Assembly (NCBI GenBank): GCA_031364805.1
Contig: JANLWW010000153.1
Span: 206-64,205 of the forward strand
DNA from: Acidobacteriota bacterium
Lineage (GTDB): Bacteria > Acidobacteriota > Vicinamibacteria > Vicinamibacterales > UBA2999
Direction: 5' to 3'
DNA: 64,000 nt
Below are positions 18,820-27,126 of this stretch, piece by piece. The position numbers and the translations under genes are program-made. How positions within the stretch are numbered: position 1 is the first letter of the stretch; every line of letters begins with the position of its first letter. Under the pieces are notes generated by a model. That model saw only the letters and a list, made by a program, of their open reading frames with translations, was not told the origin of the DNA and did not search any database.

Positions 18820-19452
18820 CTACTCTCGCACCATCTGGATGTCGCGGGTGACCCGCCAGACACCATGAGCGTCGCGCGTGACCGGACGAGTCAACACGCA
18901 GTCTGGCCGCGACTGGCACGGCCCATTCTTGAAAGAATCTAGGTCCAGTAGTGGAATGCCGAACTTCCGCCGTCCAACCACGATAGGGTCATCAGCGAAC
19001 TGTAGTGACAGCAACAGGGGTTTGTAGCGTGGCGCCTTCACGACGTAGTGCGCGTGTGCGGGCCCGTTGTCGTAGCTGCCGGGACGGATGGTTTCGTACT
19101 GATACCGTCCCATCGAATCTGTGCGCAAGGAGCCGTGCAGTCTCGGGTTCAACTCGCCGGCGTTGGGGTCGGTGATATCGGTGGCGTACCGTCCGCGGAT
19201 GTCGGTGTGAAACACGTAGATCGACACACCGGTTACGGGCGTGCGACCGTCGAGCGTCCGGCCAGTCACGATCAATCGCTCTCCGGGCTCGTCTTGGCCG
19301 GCGACGGTCACAATGGATGGAGCATCCACGGCCGCGGTGTACTGCGCCGCCAGGTATTCAGGAACAATCAGCTCGGGTGCCTGTGCGGGCATCGACACCC
19401 CAAAGGCGATCGTTGCGGCAATCAGCAACAGGGCTACGCGTCCGAACGTCAC
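18820..19452 (-). CDS. Secreted intradiol ring-cleavage dioxygenase-like protein
   Basis: Signal peptide. [36 protein letters not shown]. Confidence 0.7.
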   Translation of the reverse strand: MTFGRVALLLIAATIAFGVSMPAQAPELIVPEYLAAQYTAAVDAPSIVTVAGQDEPGERLIVTGRTLDGRTPVTGVSIYVFHTDIRGRYATDITDPNAGELNPRLHGSLRTDSMGRYQYETIRPGSYDNGPAHAHYVVKAPRYKPLLLSLQFADDPIVVGRRKFGIPLLDLDSFKNGPCQSRPDCVLTRPVTRDAHGVWRVTRDIQMVRE

Positions 19453-19913
19453 CTGGCCAATCCCTTGCGCATGAGCAAGCCTGGCCCGAAACGCGTCTCT
19501 TCAGTGCCCACGAGCTCAAATCCGCACGCCCGGTAGAAGGCTTCTGCGTGCGGATTCCCAACGACGTGAAGAGCTGCGGAGCCGCGGCGGCGCGCCGCCT
19601 CCACGCAGTGCTGAAGCAGCGCCATTCCATATCCTCGGCGCCAGAGGCCTGGCTCAACAAAGAGCGCGTCGAGCTCAGAGTCGCCATCGTCACGCGCGAG
19701 AATGGCCGCAAACCCGACAATGGCACCAGCACATTCGGCTACGACGACCAGACCGCCCGCGAGTTGATCGGGCGGTATCTCGATTGCGTCTGGGTGCTTA
19801 AGTAAGGCTTCGCGGTCGCCGGGATTGTTGAGCGAAGCCCGCGATTGCAGCGCCTCAAGCAGCTGTTTCTCGGCGACGACGGCCGACCGGATGATGAGAT
19901 CAGTGGTCAACAT
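19449..19913 (-). CDS. GNAT family N-acetyltransferase
   Basis: LFVEPGLWRRGYGMALLQHCVEAARRRG (acetyl-CoA binding motif). 154 aa. Confidence 0.8.
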   Translation of the reverse strand: MLTTDLIIRSAVVAEKQLLEALQSRASLNNPGDREALLKHPDAIEIPPDQLAGGLVVVAECAGAIVGFAAILARDDGDSELDALFVEPGLWRRGYGMALLQHCVEAARRRGSAALHVVGNPHAEAFYRACGFELVGTEETRFGPGLLMRKGLAR

Positions 19914-20119
19914 GCCCTCGTGGCTACTGCTTCCGTGTCAGCGTTACATTCGCGAACGGCGACGATGTCCCGGAGTTATCCAAGTTGTCGATCGTGCACG
20001 CCCAAGTCGTGGGTGGTCTGCTTCTTAGCGATCGTGCCGGTTAACACCCATTGGCCGGTCATCTTGCCATGAGAGCTTCGGGCTCGCGCTCCAGGCCGGT
20101 GTTCGCCTACGTGCCAATG

Positions 20120-20413
20120 CTATTGGCCGTCCTGATTGCGCCGGAGCGCGGCAAAGTCACGGGCACCATGCACGAAGGCCCCCACTTCCACGAGATCGGC
20201 CTCAAGGCGGTACATGAGGCGATAGCGAAACACGAATACTTCCCGAACGGCTGGGTCATTCAATTCAGGAACCACCCGGCCACGCTAGGCCAGCGTCGAC
20301 AAGTGCCGCGCCGTTTCGAGCGCGCTCTCAAGCACCCGAAGAGCATTCGCGCGAATCGGTCGCGAGGTATTCGATGACTTCGTCGAGCGCCAGTTGCGCC
20401 GACTCGGCCCAAG
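20120..20413 (-). pseudogene. RelE/ParE-family toxin remnant (no start, one frameshift, one in-frame TAG)
   Basis: Frame A reads SWAESAQLALDEVIEYLATDS. Frame B reads ANALRVLESALETARHLSTLA*RGRVVPELNDPAVREVFVFRYRLMYRLEADLVEVGAFVHGARDF. The TAG is at 20285-20287. Confidence 0.7.
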
Positions 20414-20414
20414 A

Positions 20415-20612
20415 CTACCCGACGTTCCCGAGGAGCCACTTGCGACGCATCTCGGCTTCAACTTGTTCGTGCGGCACAGCTCGGTCTTCCGCAATATCGG
20501 CTTCGCCGCGAGCCAACGCCTGGAGTACGTAGAGATGGTACTGAACGTCCTCAAGACTGCAGGTCTCCGGCAAGCGATCAAGCAGCGCGCGAACGGATTC
20601 TTTGGTGGTCAT
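20415..20612 (-). CDS. Putative antitoxin partnered with the ParE/RelE remnant
   Basis: 65 aa. MTTKESVRALLDRLPETCSLEDVQYHLYVLQALARGEADIAEDRAVPHEQV. Its stop abuts the toxin remnant. Confidence 0.55.
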   Translation of the reverse strand: MTTKESVRALLDRLPETCSLEDVQYHLYVLQALARGEADIAEDRAVPHEQVEAEMRRKWLLGNVG

Positions 20613-20797
20613 GGGGTCAGACCTGAAGGTAGCCCCAGTCTACGCCTGTGGATTCTGGAGGTCAAAAAGCCCAGTTGTTGAGTTTCTTCGCCCAGCCACG
20701 CTACCAGAACTCGGAATCCCAGCGCGAACCTGTGTGGTGCAGACCTCCAATCCGCGGCGTAGCTCGGCCAGTCCCCACTCGGCGCCTTTGACAAAGC

Positions 20798-20819
20798 AGG
20801 CGGGTCTAACGACCCGCCT
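20798..20819 (-). terminator. Hairpin AGGCGGGTC-taac-GACCCGCCT, 82 nt downstream of the purH stop
   Basis: Perfect 9-bp stem. On the minus strand it is followed by GCTTTGTC, a weak U tract. Confidence 0.4.
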
Positions 20820-20900
20820 CTACAGCTCTGGGCTGTGCCCCATAACGCTCCGAGAAATCGGTACTAATCCGTCCAATCGATGGTTGTCTTAATCAGTGGC

Positions 20901-22514
20901 TCAGTGCCGGAAGTGTCTGCGGCCAGTGAACACCATGGCCAGCCCGTGCTCATCGGCGGCGGCGATCACTTCCGCATCCTTCACTGATCCACCTGGTTGC
21001 ACGACTGCGGTGGCGCCGGCTGCGGCGACAGCATCAAGGCCATCGCGGAACGGGAAGAAGGCATCTGACGCGGCGACGGAGCCTTTGAGAATCATCGACA
21101 CTGTGTCTGACCTCCATCCTGCCGCCTTCATCGTCGCCACCTTGACGGCATCAACGCGGCTCATCTGCCCGGCACCGATGGCGAGCGTACGATGTGCGTC
21201 CGTGAAGATCACCGTGTTCGACTTCACGTGTGCCATCACGCGCCAGGCAAAGCGCAGGGCCTGCCACTCGTCAGCAGTCGGCTGGCGCCTCGTGACGACC
21301 TTGAGGCTTTCCGCCGGCCAGGGCATGTGCGCTTCGACGACCTGATCGCGCTGCTGCACGAGCAAAGCACCGAGGATCGACCGATACTCGCTGCCGCCGA
21401 GCGACCCGAAGTCTGCTTCGAGTACGCGCAGGTTCTGCTTCTTCGCCAAAATCGGCTTCGCCGCCTCGTCCACCGACGGCGCCACCACTGCTTCGATAAA
21501 GGTCGAGACGATGGCCGTCGCGGTGTCGACGTCGATGGGCCGGTTGAGGCCGATGATGCCGCCGAACGCCGCGAGCGGATCGGCCTCGCGCGCGCGAACG
21601 TACGCGTCCGCGATCGTCGCACCGGTCGCGACGCCGCACGGGTTGGTGTGCTTGATCACCGCGGCGGACGGCTCGCTGAACTCCAGCACGATCCGCGCCG
21701 CGGCGTCGAGGTCGAGCAGGTTGGTGAATGACAGTTCCTTGCCCTGCAGGATGGCCGGCGCACCGAGGCCCGACCCCGGCTCGAGGGCATACCACGCGGC
21801 GGGCTGGTGGGGGTTCTCGCCGTAACGGAGGTCGCGCAGCTTGTGCGCGTGGACCGACAGTTCGTCCGGGGCAAAGGTCTCGCCAGGGCGTGGGGACTTG
21901 GGGGCGTGGGGGCCTGAAAATTTGTCGCCGTCAACGCTGACCTCGGCCAGCGTGCCGGCAATGGCGGTGTCGTAGCTGCCGGTGTGCGCGAAGGCGCGGC
22001 GCGCGAGGTCGAAGCGGAACTCCACCGACGGTCCGCCCGAGCGGTCGAGCTCGGCGATCACCTCGTCGTAATCCCTGGGCGACACCACGATCAACACATC
22101 GCGGAAGTTCTTGGCCGCCGCGCGCACCAGGCTTGGGCCGCCGATGTCGATCTGCTCGATCAGATCATCGAAGTGAATGCCCGGCCTGGCGGCGGTCTCG
22201 ACGAATGGATAAAGGTTCACCACCACGAGGTCAACCATACCGATGCCGTGTTCGGCCGCCAGTGCGAGGTCCTCGGCGTTGTGCCGGCGCGCCAGGATGC
22301 CGCCGTGAATCTTCGGGTGCAGCGTCTTGACGCGGCCATCCATCATCTCGGGAAACCCGGTCACGTCGCTGACGTTGACCACCACGAGGCCGGCCTCGGC
22401 CAGCGCCCGGGCAGTGCCGCCGGTCGACACCAGTTCGAAGCCACGCCCGGCCAACGCTCGTGCGAACGGGACCAGACCGGCTTTGTCAGAAACACTCAGA
22501 ATCGCACGGCGCAT
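20901..22514 (-). CDS. purH: Bifunctional AICAR transformylase / IMP cyclohydrolase
   Basis: MRRAILSVSDKAGLVPFARALAGRGFELVSTGGTA (MGS-like domain) ... C-terminal [37 protein letters not shown] 22514 has GAGGG 9 nt upstream. Confidence 0.95.
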   Translation of the reverse strand: MRRAILSVSDKAGLVPFARALAGRGFELVSTGGTARALAEAGLVVVNVSDVTGFPEMMDGRVKTLHPKIHGGILARRHNAEDLALAAEHGIGMVDLVVVNLYPFVETAARPGIHFDDLIEQIDIGGPSLVRAAAKNFRDVLIVVSPRDYDEVIAELDRSGGPSVEFRFDLARRAFAHTGSYDTAIAGTLAEVSVDGDKFSGPHAPKSPRPGETFAPDELSVHAHKLRDLRYGENPHQPAAWYALEPGSGLGAPAILQGKELSFTNLLDLDAAARIVLEFSEPSAAVIKHTNPCGVATGATIADAYVRAREADPLAAFGGIIGLNRPIDVDTATAIVSTFIEAVVAPSVDEAAKPILAKKQNLRVLEADFGSLGGSEYRSILGALLVQQRDQVVEAHMPWPAESLKVVTRRQPTADEWQALRFAWRVMAHVKSNTVIFTDAHRTLAIGAGQMSRVDAVKVATMKAAGWRSDTVSMILKGSVAASDAFFPFRDGLDAVAAAGATAVVQPGGSVKDAEVIAAADEHGLAMVFTGRRHFRH

Positions 22515-22581
22515 GCAGCTCATCCCTCTTAGAAACGAAACAAACACGAAAACGGCTCAATCGTTAGGGCCGCATTGCTAA

Positions 22582-22611
22582 TTGACACCAAATGTAACGG
22601 CCCGGTATCAT
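22582..22611 (+). promoter_or_regulatory. Sigma70-like promoter: TTGACA (22582-22587), 18-nt spacer, TATCAT (22606-22611)
   Basis: Read directly. It would give a ~130-nt leader for the cold-shock gene. Confidence 0.5.
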
Positions 22612-22639
22612 CCCCGCAGTCCATTTATGCGCGGACCAG

Positions 22640-22665
22640 AAGGCCGCAAGTTGCGGCCTTTTTTG
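22640..22665 (+). terminator. Intrinsic terminator/attenuator inside the csp leader: AAGGCCGCAAGTTGCGGCCTTTTTTG
   Basis: Perfect GC-rich stem followed by T6. No upstream plus-strand gene for it to terminate. Confidence 0.6.
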
Positions 22666-22746
22666 TTGCCCTTAACCTCATCCTTTGGAGAGGCCGAGGG
22701 TCGATCACTACGGTGGCTCAGCCACCTGCAAGACAGGAACAGAACG

Positions 22747-22953
22747 ATGCGTATTACAGGCAAGGTCAAGTGGTTCAATAACGCCAAGGGTTACGGCTTC
22801 ATCGAGCGCGAAGGCGGCAGCGATGTGTTCGTGCACTACTCGGCGATTCAGGGCGCCGGCTTCCGCTCACTCGAAGAGGGCCAGCCGGTTGAGTTCGAAA
22901 TCGTCGACGGACCCAAGGGTCCCCAGGCCGGCAACGTGACCCGCGCAGCGTAG
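22747..22953 (+). CDS. Cold-shock protein (CspA family)
   Basis: [35 protein letters not shown] (RNP1/RNP2 motifs). 68 aa. Confidence 0.95.
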   Translation: MRITGKVKWFNNAKGYGFIEREGGSDVFVHYSAIQGAGFRSLEEGQPVEFEIVDGPKGPQAGNVTRAA

Positions 22954-22974
22954 TTACCGCTTTGACCGAAACGG

Positions 22975-23003
22975 TGCCGGGCTCCCCCCCGGCATCGTTT
23001 TCC
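22975..23003 (+). terminator. Intrinsic terminator after csp: TGCCGGG-ctcccc-CCCGGCA-TCGTTTTCC
   Basis: 7-bp stem plus a T-rich tail, 22 nt after the stop. Confidence 0.65.
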
Positions 23004-23017
23004 CGTAAGAAAGAACG

Positions 23018-23617
23018 TCAGTCCTCCCCCACTCGAACCGGCTTCACCGTCAACGACACTTTCCCGTCTTTGAGCGCGACGCGGAACGCGACTTCGCTAC
23101 CGTCGGCTGCGTATTTCGCGACCTGCGCCTTCACCAACGCGGCCACGCGCTCGATCGGCACCGGCGCCTCGCCGGCGGCCTGCTTCACTTCGACCAGCTT
23201 CTGGTAGAGCTCTTTCACCCGCTCCTCGTCCGCGCCGGCGCTTGAAAAGCGCACCACGCGATCCGCAGACGGCTGCTCCGTTTGCTCGGCTCTCGGGACC
23301 GTTCTCGCAGGCTCGGGCGGTAGCTTTGCGCCGCCGCGCTTGGGCCGTCCGCCTTCCATCTGGCTCAGTTGCCGCTCCCACAACTCGCAGAACTTGGCGT
23401 ACTTGTTCTGCATGGATTCGAAGCGAAACCGGTCGGCGGTGTTGCGGATGAACAAGCGATCGTGCTTCTTGACCAGCGCCTCAACGCGGGTGCGGGTTTC
23501 CCACGGCAGCCGCGGCAGGCGCCCGGCAAAGAACATGTTGTATTCCGCCTCGAGCCGCCGAATCTCGGCTTCGAGGTGCTGCATCTCGCGATCGAAGTCG
23601 CTCTTGGGAGCCGCCAC
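23018..23617 (-). CDS. Conserved hypothetical protein (coiled-coil N-terminus; resembles the MXAN_5187-type family from memory)
   Basis: GTG 23617 sits 9 nt after the upstream stop. EMQHLEAEIRRLEAEYNMFFAGRLPRLPWETR... C-terminal VAFRVALKDGKVSLTVKPV. Confidence 0.5.
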   Translation of the reverse strand: MAAPKSDFDREMQHLEAEIRRLEAEYNMFFAGRLPRLPWETRTRVEALVKKHDRLFIRNTADRFRFESMQNKYAKFCELWERQLSQMEGGRPKRGGAKLPPEPARTVPRAEQTEQPSADRVVRFSSAGADEERVKELYQKLVEVKQAAGEAPVPIERVAALVKAQVAKYAADGSEVAFRVALKDGKVSLTVKPVRVGED

Positions 23618-23625
23618 GGCCAGGG

Positions 23626-24033
23626 CTAGTCGAGAAGCAGGAACCAGATCAGCGGAAGCCACAGCTCGCGAGAATAGGGGATGGGCCGATCGTCGATCAG
23701 CACCTCGCATCCAGGCACCGAGCCGATGTCCTCAAAGAGGTCTCGCAGGCGCAACGCATCGCCGGAAAAGAAGCGCGCACGGTGACGCCGATTGGCGCCC
23801 TGCCCGATCTCCACATACTCGGCCGACGCCTTTGCCTTGGCCACGGCCGCGTCGTAGTTCGGCCCCTCGAAAGGTGGAAAAGAGAGCGTCACCGAAAACG
23901 GCAGGTCGCGCGGCCCGAACAGGGTGTTGTGAAGGTCGGGATCGAGGGCGGCGAGCTCCTCCGCGGTGGGCTCTTCCGGCTTCTCCACGTACGGCCAGAA
24001 CTTCTCGACCGGACGGTAGGTTCGCTGGGTCAT
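23626..24033 (-). CDS. Hypothetical protein, 135 aa
   Basis: MTQRTYRPVEKFWPYVEKPEEPTAEELAAL...ELWLPLIWFLLLD. Coding-like codon usage. No family recognised. Confidence 0.5.
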   Translation of the reverse strand: MTQRTYRPVEKFWPYVEKPEEPTAEELAALDPDLHNTLFGPRDLPFSVTLSFPPFEGPNYDAAVAKAKASAEYVEIGQGANRRHRARFFSGDALRLRDLFEDIGSVPGCEVLIDDRPIPYSRELWLPLIWFLLLD

Positions 24034-24056
24034 GGACGGACGGATCGTACTACGAG

Positions 24057-24092
24057 GGTGCCTAAGGTGCCTAGAGTGCCTGGAGTGCACTA
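24057..24092. repeat. Four tandem 9-mers: GGTGCCTAA GGTGCCTAG AGTGCCTGG AGTGCACTA
   Basis: Same GGTGCC unit as 2701-2736. Lies in the divergent spacer between the hypothetical gene (24033) and selA (24103). Confidence 0.8.
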
Positions 24093-24102
24093 TCCTCTCT
24101 GC

Positions 24103-25464
24103 GTGCCAAATTTCAGGATCATCCCGGCGATCGAGGCCATGCGGCAGCGCGACGGCGTACGCGCGCTCGAAGGCGCGTTCGGCGCCGAGGCCACGGTGCA
24201 GGCCTTGCGCGCAACGGCCAGCCGGTTGCGCCAGACCATCGCAGCCGGCCATGGACCGACCGACACTGCTGAAGCCGCCGAGGCACTGGAGAACGGCGCC
24301 CAGGCCACCCTGGCCTCAGGTGCCCGCGGGTCGCTGCGGCCGGTGATCAACGCGACCGGCGTGATCGTCCACACCAACCTGGGCCGCGCACCGATTGCCG
24401 CCGTCGCCCTCGCCCGCGTTGCCGCGATCGCTGGCGGCTATTGCAACCTCGAATACGACCTGGCCGAGGGCGCGCGCGGTTCCCGCAACGTGCATGCCGA
24501 ATCGTTGATCACCGCGCTGACCGGCGCCGAAGCAGCGGTGGTGGTGAACAACAACGCCGCCGCAACCCTGCTGATCCTCACGGCGCTGGCCAACGGCCGC
24601 GAGGTGGCGATCTCACGCGGCGAGGCAGTGGAGATCGGCGGCGGCTTCCGCATTCCCGACGTGATGCGCCAGTCGGGCGCCACGCTGCGTGAAGTGGGTA
24701 CCACTAACCGCACCCGGGTCAACGACTACACCGCCACCGTGACCCCGGCGACGGCGATGTTCCTGCGCGTGCATCCGTCCAACTTCCGCATTGAAGGCTT
24801 TACCGAACGTCCCACGCTGGCCGACCTGGTGCAAGCCGGACGCGTCACCGGCATCGCGGTCGTCGAAGACATCGGCAGCGGTTGCCTGGTGGAGGATTTG
24901 GCCGGCGAGCCATCGGTGCAGGCGTCGATCATTGCAGGCGTCGACCTGGTGTGCTTCAGCGGCGACAAGCTGCTGGGCGGTCCGCAGTGCGGCATTATCG
25001 CCGGCCGCAAGGATCTGGTCGATCGGCTCCGCATGCATCCGCTGATGCGGGCGCTGCGCGCCGACAAAATCACGTTCGCCATTCTCGAGGCGACGCTCGG
25101 CGAATACGTCGCCGGCCGTTCGGCGACGACCGTTCCGGTACAGCAAATGCTGCATGCGACGGCGGATGAGATCGAGGCGCGCGCCATGGTGCTCGGCGAA
25201 CGGCTGGCCGCCGGCGGCTGGCAGATCGCGATGATGAGCGGCGTGTCCGCCGTGGGCGGAGGCAGTGCACCCGGCCTCGGCCTGCCGACGGTGTTGCTGT
25301 CGATCAGCCACGAGGGCGAGTCGGCGGCGGCGACCGCAGCGTGGCTCCGGACACTGGATCCTCCCGTGGTGGCCCGCATCGAGGACGAACGGGTCGTGAT
25401 GGATTTACGGACGGTGTTGCCGGAGCAGGACGCCACGCTGGCTGCTCTGCTGTCACGACTGTAG
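24103..25464 (+). CDS. selA: L-seryl-tRNA(Sec) selenium transferase
   Basis: GTG 24103. VINATGVIVHTNLGRAPIA and CFSGDKLLGGPQCGIIAG (PLP lysine). 453 aa. Confidence 0.9.
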   Translation: MPNFRIIPAIEAMRQRDGVRALEGAFGAEATVQALRATASRLRQTIAAGHGPTDTAEAAEALENGAQATLASGARGSLRPVINATGVIVHTNLGRAPIAAVALARVAAIAGGYCNLEYDLAEGARGSRNVHAESLITALTGAEAAVVVNNNAAATLLILTALANGREVAISRGEAVEIGGGFRIPDVMRQSGATLREVGTTNRTRVNDYTATVTPATAMFLRVHPSNFRIEGFTERPTLADLVQAGRVTGIAVVEDIGSGCLVEDLAGEPSVQASIIAGVDLVCFSGDKLLGGPQCGIIAGRKDLVDRLRMHPLMRALRADKITFAILEATLGEYVAGRSATTVPVQQMLHATADEIEARAMVLGERLAAGGWQIAMMSGVSAVGGGSAPGLGLPTVLLSISHEGESAAATAAWLRTLDPPVVARIEDERVVMDLRTVLPEQDATLAALLSRL

Positions 25465-25547
25465 CCACAGAGCACACAGAGAATTTTTTTCGAAATGCCC
25501 GCCTGGTATTTCCAAGAGTGGCTCGACGTCCTCTGCGTCCTCGATGG
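25465..25547. repeat. Palindromic intergenic element: arms CCACAGAGCACACAGAG / GTCCTCTGCGTCCTCGATGG around an AT-richer core
   Basis: Starts at the nucleotide after the selA stop and ends 5 nt before the stop of the convergent phosphatase gene. Related to 32104-32217. Confidence 0.7.
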
Positions 25548-25552
25548 TTAAG

Positions 25553-27118
25553 TTAGTCCAGCCGTCGCAAGACCATCAGCGTGATGTCATCGAACTGCGG
25601 TGCCGATCCGGCGAACTGGTCGATGGCATCGAACACCCGCGACACGATTTCTGCCGACGGCTCGTTCCGTGCGTCGCGCACGATCGCCGTCAGCCGGCTC
25701 TCCCCGAACTCATCGTCTTGTTCGTTCTGCGCGTCGGGCACGCCGTCGGAACACAGAATCAGACTGTCCCCTGGCTGGATCTCGACCATCGTGGTTTCGT
25801 AGGGCAGGCCCGGCGGCAGCAACCCCAGCGGAGCGCCGGTTGAGCCCAGCAACAACACCTCCCCATTGCGCCTCACCAGCAGGCTGTTGATGTGCCCGGC
25901 GCTGACGTAACTCGCCCGGCCAGTCTCGGGCGCCAACTGCAGCAACGCCGCCGTCACGTACTTGTTGTCCGCGGTGGAACCGTGCAGCAGGTCGTGCGCG
26001 TGCCCCGCCAACTCCTGCAGCGATGCGGTTCGCCCCAGCAGCGCGCGCAGGGTGGCCTGCATGTGGCTCATCAACAACGACGCCGGCACACCCTTGCCAG
26101 ACACGTCGGCCACGCACAGCAGCACCGAAGCGTGATCGCCGGTCGGAATGGCATCGTAATAATCGCCACCACACCGCTTGGCCGGACGGTTGCGGGCCGC
26201 CAGGTCGTAGCCGGGCAGCGACGGCAGTTGCGCGGGAAACAGGTCGGCCTGAATGGTCGCGGCCAGTTCGAGCTCGCGTTCGTAACCTGCCCGCGCGACT
26301 TCGGCCGCCTTGTTGAGCGCCAGCAGCCGCTCCCGTTCGTGGCCCGCCTCTACGGTGCGCTCGAACAAGCGAGCGTTCTCGATCGCGGTGGCGGTCTGCA
26401 GCGCGAGCGTATTCAGCAGCTTCAACTCGCGCGCCTCGTAGGCCATGGGTAATGTGCTCGCAAGCATCATCACGCCAATCACCTTCTCGCCCACTTTTAA
26501 CGGCGCGCACACCAGCGAGCGGACGTCGATCACGGCGTTGATCCGGCGCGGGTCGCCCATCACGTCGTTGACGATCTCGCCAACCCCGGTTGCTGCCACG
26601 GTCCCAGCGATGCCAGAGCCGCGTTTGAAGCCAGAGAGCCCGGGTAGTTCATCGCCGAAGGCCGCCGCCGACGTGAGCGCGCCGGTCGCGTCATCGAGCA
26701 GGAGAATGGCGCCGTCGGTGGCGACAATCAAGTGACGGGCTTCCTGGAGCGTGAGCTGCGCGACCCGCTCGAGATCCAGCAGCGCCGCCAGTTTCTCCGA
26801 GAAGCTGTAGATCAGGTTCACCTCGCGATAGAGGTGCAGCACTTCAGAGCCGAGGGCCTTTCGCTCTGACTCCTTGTCGGCCAGGAAGCGAAGCAGGTCG
26901 GCTACCGCTTCGGCACCCTGCGGGCCCGACACCGAGCCCAATTGCTTGCCGTCGTGAACCACGGAAAAACGCTCGCCGCCATTCGCCGTGCCCAGCAGCG
27001 GCGCACCGGCGGCGTCTTCGACTGCCAGGCCGCCGCCAAACGCGCGCTCGAGAGCCGCGACCACCGGGCGCAACCCATTCTGGGCGCCGACGATCTGCTT
27101 CAGGGAAATACGGGCCAT
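25553..27118 (-). CDS. GAF-domain PP2C/SpoIIE-type serine phosphatase (RsbU-like)
   Basis: CGGDYYDAI, LLCVADVSGKGVPASLLM, LILCSDGVPDAQNE. 521 aa. Confidence 0.85.
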   Translation of the reverse strand: MARISLKQIVGAQNGLRPVVAALERAFGGGLAVEDAAGAPLLGTANGGERFSVVHDGKQLGSVSGPQGAEAVADLLRFLADKESERKALGSEVLHLYREVNLIYSFSEKLAALLDLERVAQLTLQEARHLIVATDGAILLLDDATGALTSAAAFGDELPGLSGFKRGSGIAGTVAATGVGEIVNDVMGDPRRINAVIDVRSLVCAPLKVGEKVIGVMMLASTLPMAYEARELKLLNTLALQTATAIENARLFERTVEAGHERERLLALNKAAEVARAGYERELELAATIQADLFPAQLPSLPGYDLAARNRPAKRCGGDYYDAIPTGDHASVLLCVADVSGKGVPASLLMSHMQATLRALLGRTASLQELAGHAHDLLHGSTADNKYVTAALLQLAPETGRASYVSAGHINSLLVRRNGEVLLLGSTGAPLGLLPPGLPYETTMVEIQPGDSLILCSDGVPDAQNEQDDEFGESRLTAIVRDARNEPSAEIVSRVFDAIDQFAGSAPQFDDITLMVLRRLD

Positions 27119-27126
27119 GGTTGCGA

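Noticed and set aside
19914-20119. Small minus-strand ORF (MTGQWVLTGTIAKKQTTHDLGVHDRQLG) between the toxin remnant and the GNAT gene.
   Set aside because: It is only 28 codons, with no recognisable family and no ribosome-binding site. It is probably non-coding or further debris.
23782-24102. 107-codon N-terminal extension of selA in the ORF track.
   Set aside because: It overlaps the opposite-strand hypothetical gene and the nonamer repeat. SelA homology begins at the GTG at 24103.
25465-25552. Possible tRNA-Sec (selC) immediately downstream of selA.
   Set aside because: The 83-nt element has no acceptor/T-arm geometry or GGTTCGA-type T loop. It is a palindromic repeat instead.
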